Shown here: in pieces, positions 1-9,965 of the stretch
How the letters are laid out: every line of letters starts with the position of its first letter
Numbering within the stretch: the stretch's first letter is position 1
Notes under the pieces: generated by a model
The model's input: only the letters and a program-made list of their open reading frames with translations
Databases searched by the model: none
Told to the model about the DNA's origin: nothing
Made by a program: the position numbers and the translations under genes
Assembly (NCBI GenBank): GCA_964035575.1
Contig: OZ037833.1
Coordinates: forward strand, 2,170,001 to 2,234,000
Reading direction: 5' to 3'
DNA length: 64,000 nucleotides
Source of the DNA: Rhynchopus sp. YZ270_cl-10
Lineage: Eukaryota

Positions 1-317
1 TTTCAAACGCACACATCAGCAAAATACATAAAACACTGTTCGTGGATCTTAAGGGTAATGGGAAAGGGGAATATTTTTGAGGAATAAAAAGGTGATGCAC
101 ACCAAAAATCAGGGAAGGGAGAGTGGGGGGAAAGGGGTAAAGAGTAAAATTCGTTCACACATAAACGATGTGGGAACTGTCGTTTGTCGTTTTTTTTTTT
201 TTTTTTGGCGAGACATAGAAACGTACACATTCATCACACGAAAAAAAGAAATGAAAAGTTGATAAGACCCTAAGCCTCTGCTTAGCCACCTTATAATGCA
301 CGTTTAAAAAAAAAACC

Positions 318-470
318 CTCCTATGGGAGAGATTGTGAAAACGCGCTCACACCTCGACCTTTTGGTGAGGCGTGGCTCTGCAGTAGCGGTTCGTTCCCCC
401 AGAACCGCAGGTGTATTCAAAATGCATTGTTTCTACTTCCTCCTTTATCTCATGAGGTGACAAGAAGAAA
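318..470 (+). repeat. Dispersed ~150-bp SINE-like repeat (family R4), second copy at ~24094-24240
   Basis: The diverged core CACACCTCGACCT.TTTGGTGAGG.GTGGCTCTGCAG...TTCCTCCTT.AT.TCATGAGGTGACAA is followed by an A-rich tail in both copies. Confidence 0.75.
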
Positions 471-916
471 AAAAACCTCTCAAAAAAAAATCAATAAAAG
501 CTGGGGGGGTAAAAAATGTAAAGCGAGGGAGGGACAAACGGATGTATAAAAAAAATTGCGGTTTTGTGTCGGGCATGTTGGGTGGGATAGGGTAGGAGGA
601 TTAAAATAAGCAAAAAGAGGGGGTGGCGCGGGGGGGGGGGTGAGGGAGGGAGAGACATCAGGAAAGACTGGGAAGAGGGGATGGTTGGAAAAAGCTATTT
701 TTTTTTGTCCGGTCTTTTATTCAGGATCTGAAATCTATGCACTCCACATCCCTACCTTGTATCGAATACGATCACCTTTTTTTTTGTCTTGAAATATTGA
801 AAATAAAAATCACAACACACCAAAATCACTCCAAAGCAATTTTCCTCCTAATCTAGCTCTCTTCAATGGAAAATTTCTGAACTTTTCTGGCCCAAAAAAA
901 AAAAAAAACAAAAAAT

Positions 917-2611
917 TTAGGCCTCCTGAATGTTTTCAGACCCACTGACACTAGACCCTTCAGAGGTAATCACATTGTCGGAAGGAGAGTGCTGGGAGAT
1001 CCAGCCCCGCTTCATGCTGCGCGGGGTGAGGGTGGTCTTCACTGGGATATGAGTGTCCTCTGGCACTGGGGAGCACCGCCCCTTGCTGCGGGTGGGGCTC
1101 AGGTCCATCGCCTCTTCACACACTCCTCCCTGCACCTTTTCGTCCCCACCCACACTCACATCCTCCGTGGGGCAGGACATCTGCGGAACCTTCAATGCAT
1201 CTTCGTAGTAGAACCTATCCACAACAGCTCCACCGTACGGGTCCATCCGGAACATAGAGCTTGTCACACTCGCCGCCCCCATTCCTCCTCCATTCAACGA
1301 CAGCACATCGCACGCCGGGGCAGGGTCCTCCAACCTAAAGCTCTCCCCCTGCTGCAGGAATTGAGGGTCCTGTTCAAGCTGGGATTGGAGAAGACCTCCG
1401 AGAGCATGGTTCTGGCATACTGGGGTGTCGGTGAGGGGGACGGGGGTGTCGAGCTCGCTGGGTTGGAAGCCTGCGAGGAGGAACATGCCGCCGGGGCTTT
1501 CGGGGACCAATGGGGAGTTGACGGGGGTGGAGAGCTGAGGTGCGTAGTCTACGTTGAGGTTTGCGACGTACGCCTTTGTGGCGGCAGCGGTGGTGTTGTA
1601 GGGGGACGTTGCGGCAGGTGCTGCAGGCACGGCGTCGGCAGTGGGGGAGGCGCTGCCGGGGGCAGCAGTGGTGGTGGTGGTGGTGGTGGCGGTGGGGGTA
1701 GTCGTCGCGGCAGCCTGGTCCTCCTGCAGCTTCTCCTCGCGTACCCGCTCGTTGCGCTCCTTGCGCTTCTTGTCCTTGCGCTTGGAGCGTGTGGTCACCT
1801 TCTTGTTCTCCCCATGCGCAAAGGTGCACCCATCCCCATAAGCACAGTGCCCCTTCTGCCAGTTCGTGCAGATCTTTGTAAACCGCTTTGCGAGGTTGAT
1901 AGAAGGGCTGACGTGGACGACACCGCTTGCAGGGGTCATGGTGGTGATGCTGGGCACAGTCAGGGCAGTCTGCGGGAGGACCTGGGGCTGGGGCTGGGGC
2001 TGCAGGAGCGTCTGTGGCTGCTGTTGTTGCTGCTGCTGCTGGATTTGCTGTTGCTGCTGCGGAACAAAAGTAGGAGCAGGGTTCTGCTGCACCTGGTTGA
2101 ACACCTGGTAGTTCTGCTGAGGCATCATCTGCTGCTGGTCGCACTCCTGATTTGATAATAAAAAATGGTTACGGGGCAGGCTTTGCGCTAAATCAAGAAT
2201 TCCTACCCTTTTTGGGGGCTTTTATTTCGTGCACGTTTTATCAGCGAAAGTATTTTTCATCTCCAGGTCTCTCTTTTTCAAAAAACAAGAGAGAGAGAGA
2301 GAGGTAAACCTAAGTCACCCTCTGGTAAGTTGTAAGTGATTTACGTATGTAGGATCAAATGAAGGTTGGGAGAAGAAAAATGAGTGAAATATGTGCCATT
2401 GTGGGGAGGAAAAGTGAGGTGATCCAGTCTCACGCCTTTTCACATATTTTCACTTGGTTTCGCACGTTTTCACGGTGTGAAAAAGTGTGGAAAAGTGTGC
2501 GCTGGATCACCTCAAAAAGACAAAAAAAAAGGGGGGAGAAAATACACATACCATCGGAAGCGTAACCATGGTCGGTGTGGTAGCAACGTGCATCATGTGT
2601 GTCTGCTGCAT
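917..2611 (-). CDS. CCCH zinc-finger protein (Q-rich, probable RNA-binding), two exons
   Basis: Motif CTNWQKGHCAYGDGCTFAH (C-x7-C-x5-C-x3-H) in ORF 917..2128. Reconstructed exon 1 is 2611..2552 (MQQTHMMHVATTPTMVTLPM). Intron 2551..2147 (ATG|GTATGT...ATCAG|GAG) joins it in frame to exon 2, 2146..917 (ECDQQQMMPQQ...). Confidence 0.8.
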
Positions 2612-2964
2612 TGTGCTTTTTTTTCACGCTCTTTTTTTTAAAGTGTAAAAAGGGTTAGGGAAAATAGAAAGAAACGCGGTGTGTTGTGTTTAAAAATCTG
2701 AGTGGTGATGAATATTTTTTTTGTTTGCGATGCGTCAGAGTTTCTGCACTTCTTTTCGTCCGAATTTCGAACCCCGCAGAACCTCTCCTTTTTACCACAA
2801 AAATAATAACCCTCCCCCGACGTCTTTTCTTTACATAATCTCTCCCCCAAAAAAAAAAATGGGTTAAATTCTACTTAAAACAAAGAGAAAACCGTTGGGA
2901 GGGGAGGGGGGCATCCAGGTTATTGTACGAAAGCACATTTCATTGAAGACCCTCCACCCCCCCT

Positions 2965-5442
2965 TTATTGGGACTCAAACTCAACAAACCTACGTTCATG
3001 CAGTCTAAGCGCTTGGGAAACTATTTCCTTTAAATCCTTTTGTGGAATAGAGAACGACGGGCTATGCCAAGTGCCGCTTTGGGACGGTGGTGTGTACAGG
3101 TGTGTGTTCATGTAGACAACATTCGAGAGCAACGCCATCCTCTCAATGATCACCTGCTCATGATACGGCAGCCTCTGGGGTGAGATGTGCACCACCACAG
3201 AACGCTCACGCAGATACGCTATATGCAACAGACCTGCACCGTGCACACCAAAAAGCACATCCGTCCTCTGCATCAACCGAACCTGCTCACTAAACGACAG
3301 CCCTTCACAACATGGCACCACACTCTCCCCCATATTCGCTTCTTTTATCACACCCACCAAATCTCCACTATTCGATAATACTCGTTGTCCCTTTTTTCGG
3401 TCTAACCATACAATCACCTTAGCATTCTCCGCTTCTGTAGGGAGCTGTAACGGAATATTGTACCATGTGTACACAGACTGTCTCCAGAGACGCAGAATCT
3501 GTTTGTTTGCATAGATGTGAACATCATTCCAGTGTGCGGAGAACTGTCGTCGAGGTCTGCCCCAGACAGCGGAGGGGACGCAGAGCGGGCCTTTTGGGGA
3601 GACCTTTGCTTGGAAGGCGGGCCAAAAATCGCAGAAATCAAACATTTTATTGCACATCTCCTGGAATACCGGAAGCGCTGCATTGCTTCTATGAGTGTCC
3701 AACAATATAAGCATCTTTGGCCCCTTCTCCATCTCCGTTAACGTCAAAAACAAAGGCCACAAATTGTCATTATGCGTATGATATACATTATCGCGTACCC
3801 ACGGATAATGAAAGAACACAGTAGTCCCCACCGGCAGCGTTCTCCCGCACTCCTCATACTGCAATTCTTCATCATGAAAAACTGTCCCCGCCGGGTGATA
3901 ATGATCATCATTTTCTGAATAATGACCAAAATTTGGGGTCTCCCCAATCAACATCCCAGTTTTCTTGTTTTTCATCCCTTTATACCCGGTCATATGGAGA
4001 AACGAAAGCTTTGGGTCCGTCGGACCGTTGACGAGAGGTGCAAAGAGGTCGGATGTGTTGTACAAATGCAGGTGTAGGGTGGTGCCTTTGAGCATGGTTG
4101 GACCGAAGGCGAAATGATCTGGGTCATATTTTGTACGTCGAAGCAGCCATTTTACTGTTGTATACCCAGGGGGGTCGTGGGGGTCTATGGCAGGAGAGGC
4201 AGGGGGTACGGCAGGAAGTGGTGCATCGCATAAATTGGTGTAGACCAGCATCACCTCTGCGTGTAGTTCTTCGACCTCTCGTTTTGGAAGGGCAAATGGC
4301 TTGGAAGGGTGATACGACGTGCTGGTACGTTGCTCGCTGTCGGCATAGCTTTTGTGGTTCACGATACGCACATTTTGCTTCAAATACAACACCTGTTCGA
4401 CTGCATTTTGCATATGGTTGGTCACTCCTGGTGGAGAAAGAAGGATTATCACTGCTTTCGGACTTGACAACAAGGCTGCAAGGAATGCGCTATCACTGTA
4501 CAACGCTATCACACCTCTGGCTTTGCCAATCGTTGCAGCCACTTCTGCGATATCGTCTGTAGGGTTTATGGTATCGACGTCAACGCCACTTTCAGAAAAC
4601 TTTGCGATAACGTCTTTTTCCCATTCCTGCGCAGCATGACGGAGATACACCAGATTTGCATTGTTCTCCGAACCATCCTGCAAAAACGCAAAGCTCTCTT
4701 CACTCTGATGCCTCAACAAAGCATCTGGTCTGGTCGGGTTTAACACCATTCTTGTCTTATTATAGCAAGGTACAATCAAATTAGACGAATGAACTCCACG
4801 TGAAAATCCAATCTGTTTGGACATTAGGACCGAAAGAAGGGGTTTGCGTATCACTCCGCTATCTGCTTTCCCGGCAGTGGCATATCCAAAAACACATTTT
4901 TTGTGTCCATGCTCACGGCAAATCTCTTGAAGTAATAGAAAGTAGTGCACCCCTTCTTGCAATGCACCAAAGTTATTCCCTTTTTGCAACTCAGTTTCAA
5001 CGGCCGATTCGACAGTGCAAAGGCAAGATTCTTTGCATCGTATGTCCTCTGTATGTCCAAGAAGGATAATCGCATCGACAGAAACCCCTGAGCTAGGTTG
5101 AACCTTTGTATGTGAAACGCTTTTGTTGTGTTTCTTCAAAAGCGCGTTCATCCCTAATTTATTTACTCCTTCAACTGCAAAGGCAAAATTCTCAGTCAAA
5201 GTGAACATATTTTCCGGTGCAGACACAACAAGATCTACCCCTTCCATAAACAGCAATGAAGGAGAAGGAGGAGAAGAAGAAGAAGGGCCTGGAGAAGGAG
5301 AGGAGAGGGGGTAAGGCCGGGTAGGCTTTGTCTGATGGAACTCACGGCGCGTCTGGAGGGAGAGGTGGCTGGCAGTCAGTGCGGTGAAGGCAATTAGAAG
5401 CAAGATCGCAATCACAGCGAAGGGTACTCTCCCACGAAACAT
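2965..5442 (-). CDS. Glycosyltransferase family 61 (DUF563)-like type II membrane protein
   Basis: Likely start MFRGRVPF at 5442, followed by a hydrophobic anchor (AVIAILLLIAFTAL) and an S/P-rich stem. GT61-type motifs NVYHTHND and SFSEQVRLMQRTDVLFGVHGAGLLH. The ORF extension upstream of 5442 is T-rich spacer. Confidence 0.8.
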   Translation of the reverse strand: MFRGRVPFAVIAILLLIAFTALTASHLSLQTRREFHQTKPTRPYPLSSPSPGPSSSSPPSPSLLFMEGVDLVVSAPENMFTLTENFAFAVEGVNKLGMNALLKKHNKSVSHTKVQPSSGVSVDAIILLGHTEDIRCKESCLCTVESAVETELQKGNNFGALQEGVHYFLLLQEICREHGHKKCVFGYATAGKADSGVIRKPLLSVLMSKQIGFSRGVHSSNLIVPCYNKTRMVLNPTRPDALLRHQSEESFAFLQDGSENNANLVYLRHAAQEWEKDVIAKFSESGVDVDTINPTDDIAEVAATIGKARGVIALYSDSAFLAALLSSPKAVIILLSPPGVTNHMQNAVEQVLYLKQNVRIVNHKSYADSEQRTSTSYHPSKPFALPKREVEELHAEVMLVYTNLCDAPLPAVPPASPAIDPHDPPGYTTVKWLLRRTKYDPDHFAFGPTMLKGTTLHLHLYNTSDLFAPLVNGPTDPKLSFLHMTGYKGMKNKKTGMLIGETPNFGHYSENDDHYHPAGTVFHDEELQYEECGRTLPVGTTVFFHYPWVRDNVYHTHNDNLWPLFLTLTEMEKGPKMLILLDTHRSNAALPVFQEMCNKMFDFCDFWPAFQAKVSPKGPLCVPSAVWGRPRRQFSAHWNDVHIYANKQILRLWRQSVYTWYNIPLQLPTEAENAKVIVWLDRKKGQRVLSNSGDLVGVIKEANMGESVVPCCEGLSFSEQVRLMQRTDVLFGVHGAGLLHIAYLRERSVVVHISPQRLPYHEQVIIERMALLSNVVYMNTHLYTPPSQSGTWHSPSFSIPQKDLKEIVSQALRLHERRFVEFESQ

Positions 5443-6307
5443 ATTTTGTGTATTTCCCGTTTTTTTTTGGGGATCCGGGAAGAAAAGAAGGGATGAGAGG
5501 GGAGAAAAGTACAAAAAAAACCTCACATTATTCTTCCCAAAGTCTGTGGTTGTAAAGGGTGAAAGGGTGAATATCAGGAACTCTGGACTCTGAACCTCGC
5601 ATCTTTCAAGCGAATTTGAAAGCATTCAGACAACTCAAGAGTTGACTGCGGGTTCATGGAAAGAAATTATTTCATATACATTGGTTCATGGAAAGCAAGA
5701 AAGTTTATAATATAAGCCTCTCGTGTACTTAGTCTGATTAGATTACTTAATGTTTTGAACATTGGTTATTCATCAATCTCGTGTACTCTCGTGTACTTAG
5801 TCACCTTGACCACAATCGGTATCCCATATCATCAGCTGTACCGCCTAATGGACAGAGAATTACGATGAAATGTTTTGGTTATAGACAACATAACATCGCC
5901 AGTTTTTTTTAATGAGAGTTGCTATTTTTAGGTCGTTATGATGAAAATGAAATGGGGGGGAAATGGTGTACTTTTTTTTTTGAAGAAATTTGAAAGACAT
6001 GAATGAGTAGAGGGTGAGGTGGGCTACTGATTTTCCAAATACTAAACTGTGCAGAAAAAAAGAAAAATACACACCGGACAAAAAAAAAAAAAGAAAAGGA
6101 AAAAGAAAGACAACACACAGAGTACGCAGTGCGGAATAGGTATTCTAAAACCCAAGGGTGGAGACAATATTTTGTTCTTAGAAAACATAAAATATGGTGT
6201 GTCACCTTGAATTAAGGGTAATGAACACCAAGGAAAAGTTGATGAAAATACCTTGCTTGCGTGCATATCTTAAATAAAATCCACCGGCTGTGAATTAGCG
6301 ATACGCC

Positions 6308-7039
6308 CAGGGGAGGAGCTTGGGGGTTAAATCGGGTCAGATTGACCCGATTTCCTTCGGCCCCATGGAAAAAAACGGGTCAGGGCAAAAAAAAAAAAAA
6401 AAAACTATAGATTTTTGAGGGGAAAATCCAAAAAATACTCAAAAAGTACTCTACTTGTCGCATGAGGGGGTCTGAGAAGGATGAGGAACTACTATGTGAC
6501 CCCACCGCGACGAGCACGAAGCTCAATGAAGGCAGAATGCCCTCAAACGCGCGCTCCACCCCGATCAAACCCGAACCCAAGAGGGATGCCGAACTCGATC
6601 TAGCCGTTGGTTACTGGCGCGAGCTGACGATCCAGATATTGGATCAACTCGCTGGGTGACACACCAAAAGAGGGGCTCAGACAGTGACAAGTGTTGCCGG
6701 GGATACGGAACGCCCTCCGACGTTTGCTCGAAGGGTACACCTGCCCAGAGAGAGTACCTGAACTGGCGAGGGCCTATACACACATTGCACACCTCCATTG
6801 CGCAACCCTACCTTGATGACCTCATCGCCAGTGTCAAGGGCAACATGCATTCCGCGGGGGTGGTGCAACACTTGTGTATCATCAACGTGTACCATTTTGT
6901 GAAACGCGCCTTCTCATTCTGCATGTGTTTGTCTTCACAAGAGCTTTTCCGCCGAAGGCGGAAAAGCTCGGGACCTGACCCGATTTAACAGAATTTGACC
7001 CGATTTTGCCCCAAACCCATATTCCAAGCTCCTGCCCTG
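6308..7039. mobile_element. Non-autonomous hAT-like DNA transposon (732 bp)
   Basis: TIRs CAGGGGAGGAGCTTGG (6308-6323) and CCAAGCTCCTGCCCTG (7024-7039), one mismatch. Exact 8-bp TSD GATACGCC at 6300-6307 and 7040-7047. Subterminal TGACCCGATTT repeats at both ends. CAGGG ends with an 8-bp TSD are hAT hallmarks. Confidence 0.85.
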
Positions 7040-7132
7040 GATACGCCTGAACGCAAAAAAAAAAAAAAAAAGACGTTTTTTTTTGAAAACTTGGTTGTAT
7101 TAGTGTACACACCCGAGGATGAACTCCACTAG

Positions 7133-7658
7133 TTTTCAACTTACCTTCCTTCACCCCCCTGTAAGGGCAACCGTAGGTGAAGTAAGGTATAGTATTGAAA
7201 TCGATGTGGGGGGGGAGTAAAGGGTCAATTTTACAAAACCAGATTTTGAGGAAAATTTTAGCCGAAAATGGGCCCCACGTATAAGGAACCGGGCTCATAT
7301 TTCTCAAAATTTAAGTGGTCAAAAAATTGTCCAATTTTTGAGATTGACCCCACCACTGCACGGGCGGAGCCCAAAAATGCAAATAAGGACTCTTTTTCAA
7401 CTTACCTTCCTTCACCCCCCTGTAAGGGCAACCGTAGGTGAAGTAAGGTATAGTATTGAAATCGATGTGGGGGGGGAGTAAAGGGTCAATTTTACAAAAC
7501 CAGATTTTGAGGAAAATTTTAGCCGAAAATGGGCCCCACGTATAAGGAACCGGGCTCATATTTCTCAAAATTTAAGTGGTCAAAAAATTGTCCAATTTTT
7601 GAGATTGACCCCACCACTGCACGGGCGGAGCCCAAAAATGCAAATAAGGACTCTTTTT
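7133..7658. repeat. Direct tandem repeat, 2 x 261 bp
   Basis: The unit starting TTTTCAACTTACCTTCCTTCACCCCCCTGTAAGGG occurs at 7133 and again at 7394. The copies appear identical by eye, and the ORF track gives duplicated translations. Confidence 0.95.
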
Positions 7659-9965
7659 AATTTGTTCTCTTGAAATGTGTAATTTCATGTTTTCGCGAAA
7701 AATATAACAACTGATCCTACAAGGGTTGAAGGAAGGTGGTTGAAAACAACAATAACAACACGGACAAGTAATTGCTAAGAAAAAAGCGGGTGTGCTGTGG
7801 AAAACTCCGCGCGATTTTCGAAACCACCGTAGCATCCTGGCGATTTGCTGGTGTGATCGATGTGTTGTAGTCTGTGCATTCTGTGTTCCTTCCGCACTGC
7901 TCCAACGGCGACTACAATGTCGGGAGCCTGTGGACAAAAACGAGCTGGACCACGCCGAGCCTGCCGAGCGGGCGTCCAACAACGCTATCGAGCAGATGGT
8001 GCTGGACGAAGAGGACAGCCCCCCCTTCTTGAACGTTTCAGATGCTGGCGTCCCAGTGGGTCTGGCAGTGTACGAAGAGCGTTAGCATACCTGCAGAAGA
8101 GCAGAATGCTGGGCTTATTGTAGATTATTTCTACAGGATGGAGTTCCACATCACACCCCGTTTTTTTTTCCGATAGCAATTACTTGTTTTTCTTTTTCCA
8201 AAAGAAAACTGATATATTGGAAATCAGACAAGGATAACGAGCGCATCCTCAACAGATCCACATCTGTGAACATCCTCTACCTTCGGCTTTGTCGTATTTA
8301 CCTTTCTCTCGACACATTTTTTAAAACACCAAGGTGAGGTGGAAAAAGGGTGACAAGAGCAATCGCGCTCGGTTTCGTTTGCATACAACCAATAGGCAAG
8401 AGAGTAGGACTGTTCCAACAACAACTGCAACAAGCTTTTGTCCATTTTTATGGACCAAATTGAAAAATCCCACACAAAAAAAAAAAAAACCAAAAAATCC
8501 CAAATATCACAAAAAGGGTTGAAAGAAACATGCATTTTTTAACGCTGTGTTTTATTTGCGGTGGTAGTGTTGGGTAATAATCAGCGTAACCACCACAGAA
8601 CAACGTCCAAAAAAAAATGGTATGGATTGGGAACAAATGACGGAGGGCGAGACTAAACCGTAAGGCAGTCAGGGGAATGTGAGGGTGTGGGGGGGGGGGG
8701 GGGGGGGGAGGGAAATAAACTCATGGGGGGCCTTGTGACTGCCACGCCGACGGGGAATGACAGACACGTAGAGGACGTTTTGACTACCTCTGGGTTGGTG
8801 TAAAGAAGAGAAAAAAAGGGGTAGTTGAAACGTGCTAAAACGCATCTCAGTCAAGCTCATGCAAAGGGTGGGAGGGTGAGTGATCCGTACCGTAGGAGAA
8901 CGGAGACGGTTCACAGCCGAAGGCTGAAACTCTGGTATTCTTTGCAGCACGGCATGTGTTGAGTGACCACCTAGAAATAGTAGGATCGGTAGGTAAAGTT
9001 GTTTCGTGCATTGCACAAAAAAAAAAACCCCCCCAAATGCATATCACTGCAGGTCTGTCTCTATGCGTCTTTCAACGCAAAGGGGGACCATCATATTGAC
9101 ACTTTGGCACACAAAAAAAAAAAAAAAAGAAAACAAGGAAAAGTGAAAGTGCGGTGAAACGCCTCACCGTTCTTCGGCGGACGCAGACACTAAACAAAAA
9201 AAAACACACACAGAAAATATTTGAAAGTACAAATACCTGATCTGCTACTTACAGGGTGCCATTACCATCGTTGATAGAGCACAGGTCTTGATGTAAGATG
9301 TTTGACCCACAGCCAACGCCTTCTTGAAAGAAAGTTGACATACAACAGCCCGCTCATGACAGTGTACCTTGGTACATGACCGGGTGTACCTGGGTGGACC
9401 CAAACCATATAGTCCTACATCCAGTTCTGACACCCCCAGAGACTATCGAACCCTGAGCGTTATTTTTCAGAAAACAGAGATCCTTGGAAGGGAAAATAAT
9501 AGCGCTAAAGATACCACGTAATAACTCTAAAAGGCTAACCAACACAACAGGGGTGTTTCTGCGTGGTATATCCTTTTGATTAGGGCATCGCAAAAAGAAA
9601 AACAAAATAGTTCTAAAACGCATTTCAGTCTAGAAAAAATAACAATATAAATGGTCAAAATGGCAAATCGTTAATGTCCCGTTTCCTTTCTTAGACCAGA
9701 CAGCTTGAGATGTTAGCTACGAAAGACCATCAACCTAGACTGCCTAATTTGCAAAAAATCCACTCACTGAAGTGTGAACACTAAAAAAAAAAAATAATAA
9801 CAATGCCAAAAATACACCTCAATCCTTAGTCAACCATACGACGCAAAGAATATCCTTTTTTTTTTTTTTTTTTTTTTGAAATTTTGCGAACACAACGAAT
9901 TCCTTTACAACGCTTTTTATTTTTCTTTTTGGGTTCCGCTTTCAGGCACACAATATAGTTACTCT

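Noticed and set aside
989..2155. 388-aa + strand ORF and 256-aa alternative-frame ORF
   Set aside because: Shadows of the low-complexity CCCH gene.
7127..7132. CACTAG considered as a CACTA terminus or Helitron 3' end
   Set aside because: No matching opposite terminus, TSD or subterminal hairpin was found.
6882..7982. Duplicated short minus-strand ORFs (MRNMSPVPY...)
   Set aside because: By-products of the 261-bp tandem repeat, with no coding signature.
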